Positions 8,194 to 17,817 of a stretch of 64,000 nucleotides of DNA are shown piece after piece. The stretch spans positions 31,983 to 95,982 of the forward strand of contig JASBTZ010000006.1 of assembly GCA_030148165.1 (NCBI GenBank), given 5' to 3'. Both the position numbers and the translations under genes were made by a program. Position 1 is the first letter of the stretch; every line of letters starts with the position of its first letter. The notes under the pieces are model-generated. The model searched no databases and was not told where the DNA came from. It saw only the letters and a list, made by a program, of their open reading frames with translations. The DNA comes from Bacteroidota bacterium (GTDB lineage Bacteria; Bacteroidota; Bacteroidia; Flavobacteriales_D; Crocinitomicaceae).

Positions 8194-9622
8194 GCAGTCG
8201 TTTAAATTTCATAATCGATTCAATGTGTCCTGTATGCGGAAATTGATCAACCAAAGATAAGGATTCAGCAACATATCCTTCTTTGTGAAGCGTATCGGAG
8301 TCTCTTGCTTGTGTCGATGGATTACACGAAATATAAACAATGTTATCCGCGCCAAGTTGAATTACCTTCTTTAACGTTTTTGGAGCAATACCCGCCCTTG
8401 GAGGATCCAGAATGATTGTTTTAATCTTACCAGCGTATTCGGGAAACTCACTGAGAAATTTACCAACATCAGCGGCATAGAAATCAATGTTAGCTATTCC
8501 GTTTTGAATTGAGTTTCGCTTAGCGTCTTCGATGGCTTCCGGAACGATATCCACGCCTATGATTCGAACATCGCTACTTCTGGATGACATAATCTGACCA
8601 ATTGTTCCTGTCCCACAGAAAAGATCCATCACAACATCGTCCTTACCAATTTCTTCTTCAAAAACATAATCTAATGCTTTGCTGTAAAGCAGTTCAGCAC
8701 ACTTCGGGTTCGTCTGAAAGAAACTCTCCATGGAGATTTCAAACTTGAGACCGAGTATTTCTTCCGTCACAATCCCTTCACCGTATAGCAGACTATATTC
8801 ACCATTTTCAATCTTCGCCCGATCAGCGACATTATCATTAATAGTGTGTTGAATTCCGGCTATACGATCTCCCAGATTTGAAACTAGAAATTCAACAAAA
8901 GCAGCTCGATCAAATGATTGAATACCATCTGATGAGGTCACTAAATTCACCAATAGTTTGTCTTCGGAAAACGACTTCCTTACGACGATATGCCTAAAGA
9001 ACCCCTCTTTCTTCGGTGGATGCCATGCCGGTAATCCACTGTTTTTTAGATGCTCCCTTATATCCTTTAGAAGCGTTTCCCACTGCTCATCAAACAGTCC
9101 GCTTGGTTTATTGAGTGACTCTACCTTCCACCAGGTTCCCCGTCTTTTAAATCCAAGGGCGAAAGCATCATCAAGTTCTTCATTGGTTTGAGGAATATGT
9201 TCAATACAAGAAAAACTATACTCCATCTTATTACGATAAAACATGCTTGATGGAGACGAGATAAATTCATCAAACAAACTGTTAGGGTCACTAATTCCTC
9301 CTATTCTTCTAATGACCTCAAGTGTTGATTGCTTCTTTACCTTTTCCTGTTCTTCAATTGGAACAAAAATGTAGGGTGCTCCTGAAATTTCCTGAAACTT
9401 GTTGACTTGCTCAATTGGTGAGCGTGTGATAACCTCTATTAATGAAGCTTCTGCAAAGCGCTTCTTTTTCTTCTTGATCTTTGCGCTTATTTTTTGACCT
9501 GGAAAAGCGTTTTCAACGAAAACAATGTATTCGCCATCTGCGCTAGGAATCCTGGCTATACCTTTTCCTCCAAAGGCATAATCCACTATATCAAGCTCAA
9601 CAATTTCCGCCCGATGAAACAT
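8183..9622 (-). CDS. rlmD: 23S rRNA (uracil-5)-methyltransferase RlmD/RumA family
   Basis: 479 aa with an N-terminal TRAM-like region, SAM motif DLFCGTGTIG, DPPRAG and C-terminal YISCNPSTQARD. Confidence 0.85.
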   Translation of the reverse strand: MFHRAEIVELDIVDYAFGGKGIARIPSADGEYIVFVENAFPGQKISAKIKKKKKRFAEASLIEVITRSPIEQVNKFQEISGAPYIFVPIEEQEKVKKQSTLEVIRRIGGISDPNSLFDEFISSPSSMFYRNKMEYSFSCIEHIPQTNEELDDAFALGFKRRGTWWKVESLNKPSGLFDEQWETLLKDIREHLKNSGLPAWHPPKKEGFFRHIVVRKSFSEDKLLVNLVTSSDGIQSFDRAAFVEFLVSNLGDRIAGIQHTINDNVADRAKIENGEYSLLYGEGIVTEEILGLKFEISMESFFQTNPKCAELLYSKALDYVFEEEIGKDDVVMDLFCGTGTIGQIMSSRSSDVRIIGVDIVPEAIEDAKRNSIQNGIANIDFYAADVGKFLSEFPEYAGKIKTIILDPPRAGIAPKTLKKVIQLGADNIVYISCNPSTQARDSDTLHKEGYVAESLSLVDQFPHTGHIESIMKFKRLHEG

Positions 9623-9626
9623 GCCG

Positions 9627-10403
9627 CTATATCATTCCTTTGATAATCCCCTTATCGGAAGCTGCAATAAAATCAAGGATCTGCTGCCTGTAATCAGAGG
9701 GACTGATCGTATCTTTGACCTCCTGAATTCCTTTTGAAATTGAATTATTCATGACATACAAAATACGATAGATATCTTCTATCTCTTTAACTTTTGCATC
9801 ATCAAAACCTCTTCTTCTAAGTCCGATAGAATTTACACCTGCAAAACCAAGCGGTTCTCTTGCTGCTTTCACAAAAGGTGGAACATTCTTTCGAACCAAT
9901 GAACCTCCTGCAACGAATGCATGTTCACCTATTCGTATGAATTGTTGCGTTCCCACCTTACCTTCGAGAATAGCATTATTCTCTACGATATTATGCCCTG
10001 CGAGGCCTACATAACTCGCTAGTATCACGTTATCACCTATCTCACAATCGTGTGCAATGTGCACGTAAGTCATAAGTAAGCAGTTACTTCCGACAGTTGT
10101 TTTTAAACGATCCTTGGTTCCTCTATGAATAGTTACACATTCACGAATCACTGTGTTATCGCCTATCTCTACTGTCGTATCTTCTCCTGCAAACTTGAGG
10201 TCCTGAGGTACGACTCCTATTACGGCACCAGGAAAAATCTGACAGTCCTTGCCTATTTTTGTCCCAGGATAAATAGTAACATTCGGATGAATAACAGTTC
10301 CATCTCCAATTTCGACATTTTCAAAAACCGTAGAAAAGCTTTCAATCGTCACGTTTTCTCCGATAATAGCCTTGTCGGAAACATTTGCCTGTTTACTAAT
10401 CAT
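9627..10403 (-). CDS. lpxA: Acyl-ACP--UDP-N-acetylglucosamine O-acyltransferase
   Basis: 258 aa with hexapeptide repeats and the LpxA-type C-terminal helical domain. It lies in the lpxD / lpxC-fabZ / lpxA order. Confidence 0.9.
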   Translation of the reverse strand: MISKQANVSDKAIIGENVTIESFSTVFENVEIGDGTVIHPNVTIYPGTKIGKDCQIFPGAVIGVVPQDLKFAGEDTTVEIGDNTVIRECVTIHRGTKDRLKTTVGSNCLLMTYVHIAHDCEIGDNVILASYVGLAGHNIVENNAILEGKVGTQQFIRIGEHAFVAGGSLVRKNVPPFVKAAREPLGFAGVNSIGLRRRGFDDAKVKEIEDIYRILYVMNNSISKGIQEVKDTISPSDYRQQILDFIAASDKGIIKGMI

Positions 10404-11806
10404 TATTCTTTATCCTTTACAATTTGAGCGAGCATTTCGGCTTCGATTACGGGCTTACCATTCACATAACCAGCTCCTCCCATATTCACAAGACCTCTTC
10501 TGATCGGAGAAAGTAGCTTAAGCTCAAATACCACCGTGTCTCCAGGTAATATTTTCTGTTTGAATTTAACGTTGTCAATCTTCATGAAATACGTCGAGTA
10601 CAGCTCCGGTTCATCTACCTTACTAAGTGCAAAGATTCCTCCGACCTGAGCCATTGCTTCTACTTGCAATACTCCAGGAAATACTGGATTCCCTGGAAAG
10701 TGTCCTGTAAAAACAGGCTCATTCATAGTTATGTTTTTCACTCCAACTACCGAATTCTCTGTGATTTCCATCACTTTATCAACGAGTAGAAACGGAAAAC
10801 GGTGTGGCAACATACGTTCAATATCATTGATATCGTACAATGGCTCTTTCGTGAGATCAAACTTACGGATACCGCCTTTTTCCTTATTCTTCATGTACTC
10901 CTTAAGTACTTTTGCGAATCGAACATTTCCCGAATGTCCCGGTCGTGCTCCGAGAATATGGGCTTTGATTGGTCTCCCAACCAGTGCCAGGTCACCTACA
11001 ATGTCTAATAACTTGTGTCGTGCGGGCTCGTTCTCAAATTGAAGCTTTGTACTATTCAGAACACCAATTCCTTCAATAGCTATGTCCAGGTCCTCCTTCC
11101 CTAATAACTTAGCAAGTCGATCCAGTTCTTCCTGACTAACGTCATCTCTTTCAACCAGAACGATCGCGTTATCCAGATCACCACCTTTGATTAGATTGTT
11201 TTTTGCCAGAAATTCCAGTTCACGGAGAAAAACAAAGGTCCTGCATTTTGAGATCTCTTTTTTAAATTCCCCTATGTTGTACATCGTTGCGTGTTGCGTT
11301 CCAAGTACAGGTGATTTATAGTCAACCATTACGGTTATTCGATAATTGACATCCGGCACGGCCAGGAATTCAATTCCCTTATCGACATCTTCCCAAGGAA
11401 TATTTTCATCCAATTCAAGGTATAATCGTTCTGCTTCCTGCTCCTCATAACCAACAGACTCTATCGCATCAACGAAAGGAGCAGAGCTACCGTCCATAAT
11501 AGGAATTTCGGGACCATCTATTGTGATTAGTGCATTATCGACTTCACAGCCGTAAAGGGCAGCCAGAACGTGTTCCGTGGTGTAAACTCTTGCACCGTTT
11601 TGCTCAAGAGTTGTACCTCTATCGGTTGCTACAACGAGGTCACAATCCGCCTTAATAGTTGGTTTTTCTTCCAGATCTATTCGTTGAAATTTATAACCAT
11701 GATTCTCAGGTGCAGGTAAAATCTCTAGTGTCACTTTTTCACCGGTGTGCAATCCAACCCCAGCCAATTTCACCGGCTTCTTTACAGTTCTCTGCTTATC
11801 TGCCAT
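10403..11806 (-). CDS. lpxC-fabZ: Bifunctional UDP-3-O-acyl-GlcNAc deacetylase / 3-hydroxyacyl-ACP dehydratase (LpxC-FabZ fusion)
   Basis: 467 aa. The N-terminal LpxC part reads GVGLHTGEKV...HVLAAL. The C-terminal FabZ hotdog part reads LPHRFPFLLVDKV...FTGHFPGNPVFPGVLQVEAMAQ. Confidence 0.9.
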   Translation of the reverse strand: MADKQRTVKKPVKLAGVGLHTGEKVTLEILPAPENHGYKFQRIDLEEKPTIKADCDLVVATDRGTTLEQNGARVYTTEHVLAALYGCEVDNALITIDGPEIPIMDGSSAPFVDAIESVGYEEQEAERLYLELDENIPWEDVDKGIEFLAVPDVNYRITVMVDYKSPVLGTQHATMYNIGEFKKEISKCRTFVFLRELEFLAKNNLIKGGDLDNAIVLVERDDVSQEELDRLAKLLGKEDLDIAIEGIGVLNSTKLQFENEPARHKLLDIVGDLALVGRPIKAHILGARPGHSGNVRFAKVLKEYMKNKEKGGIRKFDLTKEPLYDINDIERMLPHRFPFLLVDKVMEITENSVVGVKNITMNEPVFTGHFPGNPVFPGVLQVEAMAQVGGIFALSKVDEPELYSTYFMKIDNVKFKQKILPGDTVVFELKLLSPIRRGLVNMGGAGYVNGKPVIEAEMLAQIVKDKE

Positions 11807-12853
11807 TTACTTCTGATCTTTCGTTAGTTCTTTGATTTTCTTTTCCAATACATCTAAACGCTCTTGAATGCGCGGAAGCCTTCTGAAGCCCAGATATGAT
11901 TTTTTATACTCTTTATTGTTAAATGCAGGCGATCCCATTACAACCTCATCATCAGATACGTTACCACCGATTCCCGATTGAGCTGCAATTTTAACACGGT
12001 CTCCTATCGACAGGTGTCCGGCCAATCCAACCTGACCACCTATAAGTACGTTTTTTCCAATCTTGCTTGATCCCGCAACGCCAGCCTGAGCAGCTAATGC
12101 CGAATCTTCCCCAATCACTACGTTATGACCAATCTGTACTAGATTATCCAGCTTCGTGCCACATCGAATTACAGTGCTTCCCATGGTGGCTCTGTCTACT
12201 GTGGTGTTGGCACCAATGTCTACATTATCTTCCAGAATCACATTTCCTATCTGAGGGATCTTTTGGAATTTTCCATTCTGATCCGGAGCAAATCCAAACC
12301 CATCCGAACCAATCACGGCTCCCGAATGTATCGTGCAGTTCTCTCCTATCTCACAATCTCTGTAAACGGTAGCTCCTGGATGGATTACAGTGTTGTCTTT
12401 GATGCTAACATTATTACCTATTGTGACATTGGGATGTATTACCACATTATTACCGATATTCACATTCTTCCCTATGACGGCAAAAGCGCCTACGAATACA
12501 TCCTGTCCAAGTGTTGCTGTTTCGTCTATAAACGACGGAGTTTGAATTTCTGGTTCCGGTCGATTCATGGTATCATACACCTCCAGTAACTTTGCGAAAC
12601 AAGCATATGCGTCATCTACTTTAATGAGGGTTAGCGTTTCCGGTAATGACTTATTTGGTTCGAATGTATTGTTCACAATACAGATACTTGATCCGGTTGT
12701 GTAGATATACTCTTCGTATTTTGGATTTGCCAGAAAAGAAATATCTCCTTCACTGCCTTCTTCAATTTTCGCCAATGACGTTACTTCGATAGAAGGATTT
12801 CCTTCAATATTTCCATTAATTAGCCCTGCTATCTGTTCTGCCGAAAATTTCAT
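11807..12853 (-). CDS. lpxD: UDP-3-O-acylglucosamine N-acyltransferase
   Basis: 348 aa with the LpxD N-terminal domain followed by a long hexapeptide-repeat beta-helix. It lies directly upstream of lpxC-fabZ. Confidence 0.9.
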   Translation of the reverse strand: MKFSAEQIAGLINGNIEGNPSIEVTSLAKIEEGSEGDISFLANPKYEEYIYTTGSSICIVNNTFEPNKSLPETLTLIKVDDAYACFAKLLEVYDTMNRPEPEIQTPSFIDETATLGQDVFVGAFAVIGKNVNIGNNVVIHPNVTIGNNVSIKDNTVIHPGATVYRDCEIGENCTIHSGAVIGSDGFGFAPDQNGKFQKIPQIGNVILEDNVDIGANTTVDRATMGSTVIRCGTKLDNLVQIGHNVVIGEDSALAAQAGVAGSSKIGKNVLIGGQVGLAGHLSIGDRVKIAAQSGIGGNVSDDEVVMGSPAFNNKEYKKSYLGFRRLPRIQERLDVLEKKIKELTKDQK

Positions 12854-12857
12854 GCGT

Positions 12858-12865
12858 CAAAAATA
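12858..12865 (-). promoter_or_regulatory. -7 box TATTTTTG upstream of lpxD
   Basis: Exact TAnnTTTG match on the minus strand, 5-12 nt upstream of ATG 12853. Confidence 0.3.
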
Positions 12866-12922
12866 TAAAAAACCTTCTTAGTATAGGTGTGAACGAACAT
12901 ATTCGACTGGTCGTTGGAGCAC

Positions 12923-13603
12923 CTACTCACATTCATCACCTTCGAAGTATAAATTGATAACATCCAGTTTGTTCTTATACCAGATCACTTTTGCTCCTAT
13001 CAACAAGCTGTCCTTTCGAAATTCCATATAATGTTCCGGTTTTGGTGACAGGTTTAGTGCTGATTTAGAAAAATCAATTCTGCCGCCATCTTTAAGCCCA
13101 TCAAGAATCTTTCTAGGATCAATAAGACCTAATGCTTCCTGCTGACATGTTAAAACTTTGTTTGAATCTACGAATACTAAATCATCATCCAATGGGAAGT
13201 GAAAAAGATTACCATATCCACTTTGGCTAGTCTTAATTTCTGATGCCACTCCTTCAAAGAAAACTTCCGAAATAAAACTTTCTTCCGGAAGTGTGAAGAA
13301 ATAATTCTGACCGTCTTTTGTTAAGAGGTATACTTTAGAATCTGCTTCCTTTTTACTGGCACCGAAATCAACGTCCCCATCATTCAATACATTAACGAGA
13401 TCCTCTTCACTCAGTCCCAGCTCAGTCATTTTCGCTTGAGATTCATCTGAAATCACCAACACTCTATCCAGGATCGCATTTTTAACCCTGTTTTCAGGTA
13501 ACCATGAGCAGCCGCGATTTTTGAAAAAGAAAAAAACGAAGATCAGACCTAAACCGAATCCTATGCCGTAGTATTTAAGTCTTCTCAATAAGGTGCTATT
13601 CAT
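12923..13603 (-). CDS. Hypothetical N-terminally membrane-anchored protein with an internal duplication
   Basis: 226 aa. TM segment YYGIGFGLGLIFVFFFF. Two related halves read ELGLSEEDLVNVLNDGDVDFGASKKE and ALGLIDPRKILDGLKDGGRIDFSKSALN. No family recognised with confidence. Confidence 0.6.
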   Translation of the reverse strand: MNSTLLRRLKYYGIGFGLGLIFVFFFFKNRGCSWLPENRVKNAILDRVLVISDESQAKMTELGLSEEDLVNVLNDGDVDFGASKKEADSKVYLLTKDGQNYFFTLPEESFISEVFFEGVASEIKTSQSGYGNLFHFPLDDDLVFVDSNKVLTCQQEALGLIDPRKILDGLKDGGRIDFSKSALNLSPKPEHYMEFRKDSLLIGAKVIWYKNKLDVINLYFEGDECE

Positions 13604-13630
13604 TTCATAAATTTTGCGTGAAGATACTTA

Positions 13631-13662
13631 AAACAAAAAAGCCACCGGAAAAATCCGATGGC
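13631..13662 (-). terminator. Intrinsic terminator downstream of trxA
   Basis: Stem gccaccgga / tccgatggc (9 bp, one mismatch) with a 4-nt loop. On the minus strand it is followed by TTTTTTGTTT (plus-strand aaacaaaaaa at 13631-13640). Confidence 0.6.
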
Positions 13663-13685
13663 TATTTAAATTTCATTTCTGCAAA

Positions 13686-14003
13686 TTAAAGTATCGCATC
13701 CAGCTTTTGGGTTAACTGCGACTTAGGCACTGCCCCAACTGATTTATCTGCTACTTCTCCTCCTTTTATAAATAGAACTGTAGGAATGTTTCTAACACCG
13801 AACTGAGCTGATACTCCAGGATTGTGGTCAACATTTACTTTTCCAATGATCGCTTTTCCATCATATTCCCCGGCCATTTCTTCGATTACCGGACCTATCA
13901 TTCGACAAGGACCACACCATTCAGCCCAGAAATCAACCACTACTGGTTTATCTGATTTCAATACCAACTCTTCAAAATTTGCATCTGTAATTTCTAATGC
14001 CAT
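13686..14003 (-). CDS. trxA: Thioredoxin
   Basis: 105 aa with the WCGPC active site in FWAEWCGPCRMIGP. Confidence 0.95.
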   Translation of the reverse strand: MALEITDANFEELVLKSDKPVVVDFWAEWCGPCRMIGPVIEEMAGEYDGKAIIGKVNVDHNPGVSAQFGVRNIPTVLFIKGGEVADKSVGAVPKSQLTQKLDAIL

Positions 14004-14028
14004 AACTTTCTGTTTTTATCTGTTTTAA

Positions 14029-14043
14029 ATACCACAGTGGTAT
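14029..14043. promoter_or_regulatory. Perfect 7-1-7 palindrome ATACCAC-A-GTGGTAT in the trxA upstream region; candidate operator
   Basis: Read directly from the sequence. The centre lies 33 nt upstream of the trxA ATG, next to a near-consensus -7 box (minus-strand TAATTTTA). Confidence 0.3.
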
Positions 14044-14110
14044 AAAATTAAATTCTTTGATCTACCTGTCAACATTTTTGCCAAAAAAATAATCCGGCAA
14101 TTTTGTCATC

Positions 14111-14509
14111 CTAAGCATTCTTTATTGTCATTTTTTTCATTGTTCGCTGATTTTCTGTCACCAGTGAATAAAAGTAAACCCCGTTCTCTAGCTGCTTTGA
14201 ATCAAATCGAATAATATTCCCACCCGGAGTTGCTTTTTTCTCCGCAACACATATTATGTCATTTAGCTCTGTGTCAAGAATTAATAATTTAAAATTAATG
14301 TCTTTACTTGTTGTAAAATAGAACGTTAGCTCTCCACTAGCCGGATCTTGCTCAAGAGCATACAACTCACAATAATCCGTTCTCACAACCTTTCCCCTTC
14401 CTAAAATTGACAATAATTTACGATAGAGGATCACCACGATCAATAGACCTAATGAGACATACAATATACCTAAAAGAATCTCACTCCAATTATAACCCAA
14501 TAATATCAT
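14111..14509 (-). CDS. Small membrane-anchored protein consisting almost entirely of a T9SS-CTD-like beta-sandwich
   Basis: 132 aa. The N-terminal TM segment is ILLGILYVSLGLLIVVILY. The C-terminal part is LLILDTELNDIICVAEKKATPGGNIIRFDSKQLENGVYFYSLVTENQRTMKKMTI. It resembles the distal half of Por_Secre_tail domains but lacks the PNP motif. Confidence 0.55.
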   Translation of the reverse strand: MILLGYNWSEILLGILYVSLGLLIVVILYRKLLSILGRGKVVRTDYCELYALEQDPASGELTFYFTTSKDINFKLLILDTELNDIICVAEKKATPGGNIIRFDSKQLENGVYFYSLVTENQRTMKKMTIKNA

Positions 14510-14511
14510 TC

Positions 14512-14778
14512 CTACAGTGCTATTAAGCCTTCAATTTTATTTGCTTCTTTGTACTTATCAATAACAGCATCAGCACTTAACATCAATTCTTTAGCTGAAA
14601 TGCTGACATACTTATTTGTTCTTGACGGCTGCATTCTAAGGTCTGTACCATCATCAAACAGAGCAGAAACCAGTGCAATCGATTTCGGGTCATTTTTTAC
14701 AATAAACTTAAAAAGGAATATTCCAGGCCACTCTTCTAATTCCAACTGGGCTTTTAAGTTCTTGAATTTATTGTCCAC
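14512..14778 (-). CDS. DUF493 (YbeD-like) family protein
   Basis: 88 aa with EEWPGIFLFKFIVKND, matching the WP..Y.FK.I signature of DUF493 as I recall it. Confidence 0.55.
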   Translation of the reverse strand: MDNKFKNLKAQLELEEWPGIFLFKFIVKNDPKSIALVSALFDDGTDLRMQPSRTNKYVSISAKELMLSADAVIDKYKEANKIEGLIAL

Positions 14779-14787
14779 CTGATCAAA

Positions 14788-15354
14788 TTAATACTGTCGC
14801 CACAAATGTAATCGTTTAATTTCTTCCGTAACTGAATTAGTGAGACTATTAAAATCAATATCCACAAAGGAATTAATTCCAATTTCCTTCATTGCTTTCA
14901 AATCGCGCAAAATACTCATTGGATCTTGCTCGCTGGATAGCTTTATATCAGGATCATTCAACTCATAATAAGAAGTAACATGATTAGCCAGTGACCGCTC
15001 GAGTTCCAAAAGTGCCTGCACACCCTCACTGACCTGCATGCCACTCCTAGCAGCAAAAATGGATTCTTTTAGTCCATTTTTAGCTTCGTAGTACAAGTTA
15101 AACGTATCGAGCAAATTGTCATTAAACGAGGGGGCGTCAAAGCTGAAAGGTTCTTCATTTGACCCAACTTTTTCAGCAAGGACTGAATAGGCCTCGATCA
15201 ATTTATCAAGCTTCTCAAGTTTCGCTTTGAAGACTTTAGAAATTACCGGACGTGTAGTGAAAAACTGTTTGAAGCTAAAAAGTTTTTCGCGATAACAGTC
15301 ATCCAGGTCAAAACTGCAATCCTGAAAATAAATTTTGGCTTCGTCCTTCGTCAA
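14788..15354 (-). CDS. Hypothetical protein
   Basis: 188-aa ORF packed tightly in the minus-strand gene string. Predicted helical. No family recognised. Confidence 0.5.
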   Translation of the reverse strand: MTKDEAKIYFQDCSFDLDDCYREKLFSFKQFFTTRPVISKVFKAKLEKLDKLIEAYSVLAEKVGSNEEPFSFDAPSFNDNLLDTFNLYYEAKNGLKESIFAARSGMQVSEGVQALLELERSLANHVTSYYELNDPDIKLSSEQDPMSILRDLKAMKEIGINSFVDIDFNSLTNSVTEEIKRLHLWRQY

Positions 15355-15359
15355 TTGGA

Positions 15360-16106
15360 TTAATTAATCTTTTTATTCTTTCGCATTCGAATATTGAGGA
15401 ATTCGACCACAAGTGAATAAACCATCGCGAAATAAATATATCCCTTTGGTATGTGCTGTCCAAATGCCTCTGCAACGAGAATAACACCTATGGTCACCAA
15501 AAATCCGAGTGCGATCATCTTAATCGTTGGTCGCTGATTGATGAAGTCCGAGATCTGCTTCACGAACAGCAGCATGACAGCCATCGAGATGAGTACTGCC
15601 AGATAGATGATTATCATCGGACTGTGACCAGTTTCCTGTGCTAATCCATTGGTCATACCAATCGCAGAGATGATCGAATCAAAACTGAATACGATATCAA
15701 TCAGAACAATCTGGGTAACCACACCTGATAGTGACACTTTTGAGTCGTCAATTAACTCTTCTCTACCAACTATATTATTGTGCATCTCAATCGTACTCTT
15801 GTATATAAGGAAAAGTCCACCGAACAAGAGCACGAGACTCTGTCCTGAAAAATCAAATCCGAAAAGCGTGAATAAGGGAGCTGTCATGCTCATTATCCAT
15901 GCTACAAGCGTAAGAAGTATCAGGCGCATCAATAAGGCCAGAATAATCCCAATATTTCTCGCCTTACGCTGATTTGCAGGAGGAAGTTTATCTGAGACTA
16001 TCGATATAAATATGATGTTATCGATACCTAAAACGATCTCCAATAGCGATAGGATGATCAGGTACATCAAGCCATCCCAGGTTGTCAATATCGTAAAATC
16101 TAACAC
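15360..16106 (-). CDS. TerC family integral membrane protein
   Basis: 248 aa, multi-pass. It contains LEIVLGIDNIIFISIV and a second DSIISAIG repeat, typical of TerC. Confidence 0.85.
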   Translation of the reverse strand: MLDFTILTTWDGLMYLIILSLLEIVLGIDNIIFISIVSDKLPPANQRKARNIGIILALLMRLILLTLVAWIMSMTAPLFTLFGFDFSGQSLVLLFGGLFLIYKSTIEMHNNIVGREELIDDSKVSLSGVVTQIVLIDIVFSFDSIISAIGMTNGLAQETGHSPMIIIYLAVLISMAVMLLFVKQISDFINQRPTIKMIALGFLVTIGVILVAEAFGQHIPKGYIYFAMVYSLVVEFLNIRMRKNKKIN

Positions 16107-17815
16107 TTACTTAATTTTAGATCACGAATATAATTGAAGAATTTTAATAGATGCTCTTCATTTGAAACATCTCGCGTATCCACCTCAAGAATTTGGGCTT
16201 TGGGGGACAAGAGCAGCTGCCTTAGTTTTTCTTCCACTGACGCTTCACTGTTGGCATATGTATAGGTCAAACCGAACGTTTTAGCCATTTGCTCAATGGA
16301 GAAATGATGACGTGCTTCGAAGTAGCGCTCCAGCTGATCGGACGTTGATGGTCCGTCAATAATTCTAAATATTCCTCCACCTCCATTATTGACAACGACG
16401 ATCTTGAGGTTTTGCGGAAACGCGTTATTCCACAGACCATTGCTATCATAGAAGAATGACACATCACCTGTGATCAGCACATTCAATTTTTCTTCAGAAG
16501 CAGTTGCTACTCCCACAGCTGTACTCGTGGAACCGTCGATGCCACTAGTGCCTCGATTGGAAAAATACTTAATGGAAGGAATGGGATCAAATAGTTGACA
16601 ATAACGTACAACTGAACTGTTAGACATATGCAAATAAGCCCCTTCCGGTATACTGTCCAAAACAACTTCGAATGTTTTGAGGTCGCTATGATCAACTCCT
16701 AACAAGAAGGCCGGCAGGGCATCTGCAATTTGTAGATCGCGCTGTTTCCACTTATTTCCAAAGGTAGAGTTGTGTCTCATTAAATCCAGCATTCCGAGTT
16801 CTTTGAGAAAAGTATGTGGTGCCATTCTAAATGACCTGGATAATGCCCTGTATGTGTCCATCTCCGGAAATTCCTCCCCGATTTTCCAATGTTCCAGGCC
16901 TTTGGTTTTGCGTAAAAAGGCTTTTATTTTTTTGGAGATAACCGCCCCACCAATAGTGATCAAGAGATCGGGTTGAAATGCTTCAATCTCCGATTCATCC
17001 ATGGATACCAATGTCCTGTCGATACAGTGAATAAATCGCTTATTAACCAAGTTGGAGGTATTCTCAACAACAACAGCCACCGAACTATCTTCAGCGATCT
17101 CACTTAATAAAAAACCGAGATTACGTGTTTCATTGATCTGCCCACAAAGAATCAACTTCTTTTTCTTTCTGGACCAGTTGTCCACGATGTATTCCTTGTC
17201 AAAATCCGATAGCGCAGTTCTCTTTGCTTCCTTATCAGGAATATCAAAACGTACGGCTTCGATTCTTTCTGTATCATAAAGGGGCTCAGAGAGTGGGCAG
17301 TTAAAATGAACCGGGCCTGACCAGTTGGATGTACATAAATTCATCACACGACTAAGCTCTTCAATAAATCCCGTATGATCTGAATCTTCTATAAATTCAG
17401 GGACAGTTAATTCCGCCTTAACATGCTTACCAAAAATTCCTTCCTGCATAATGGTCTGCCCATCTCCATGATTGATCCATTCCTTTGGTCTGTCTGCACT
17501 TATAACCACCAGTGGTACACATTGGTAAAAGGCTTCTGTAACGGCAGGAAAATAATTGGCAACCGCGGAACCAGAAGTACAGCAAACAGCCACGGGTTCT
17601 TTTAGTTCGATTGCCATACCAAGAGCAACAAATCCAGCCGAACGCTCATCGTGAATAACGTGTGTTTCGAATCTTGTGTCTTGATCAAAAGCAATTACTA
17701 ATGGTGCATTTCGCGAGCCAGGTGAACAAACGACATGCTTAATTCCGTAATGTGCACACAGTGCAACAAAGCTTTGGATACCGGACTTATTGGTTGTATA
17801 AGACATGAGTTGCAA
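16100..17815 (-). CDS. menD: 2-succinyl-5-enolpyruvyl-6-hydroxy-3-cyclohexene-1-carboxylate synthase
   Basis: 571 aa, ThDP-dependent enzyme fold, GSRNAPL near the N-terminus and ThDP motif GDVSFFYDSNGLWN...NNGGGGIF. Adjacent to menF. Confidence 0.9.
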   Translation of the reverse strand: MQLMSYTTNKSGIQSFVALCAHYGIKHVVCSPGSRNAPLVIAFDQDTRFETHVIHDERSAGFVALGMAIELKEPVAVCCTSGSAVANYFPAVTEAFYQCVPLVVISADRPKEWINHGDGQTIMQEGIFGKHVKAELTVPEFIEDSDHTGFIEELSRVMNLCTSNWSGPVHFNCPLSEPLYDTERIEAVRFDIPDKEAKRTALSDFDKEYIVDNWSRKKKKLILCGQINETRNLGFLLSEIAEDSSVAVVVENTSNLVNKRFIHCIDRTLVSMDESEIEAFQPDLLITIGGAVISKKIKAFLRKTKGLEHWKIGEEFPEMDTYRALSRSFRMAPHTFLKELGMLDLMRHNSTFGNKWKQRDLQIADALPAFLLGVDHSDLKTFEVVLDSIPEGAYLHMSNSSVVRYCQLFDPIPSIKYFSNRGTSGIDGSTSTAVGVATASEEKLNVLITGDVSFFYDSNGLWNNAFPQNLKIVVVNNGGGGIFRIIDGPSTSDQLERYFEARHHFSIEQMAKTFGLTYTYANSEASVEEKLRQLLLSPKAQILEVDTRDVSNEEHLLKFFNYIRDLKLSKC

Positions 17816-17817
17816 AA

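Noticed and set aside
12923-13603. Reading the duplicated small modules as a toxin-antitoxin (DUF4258-like toxin) element
   Set aside because: It is a single membrane-anchored ORF with no adjacent small partner gene. The similarity to DUF4258 is only a vague pattern impression.
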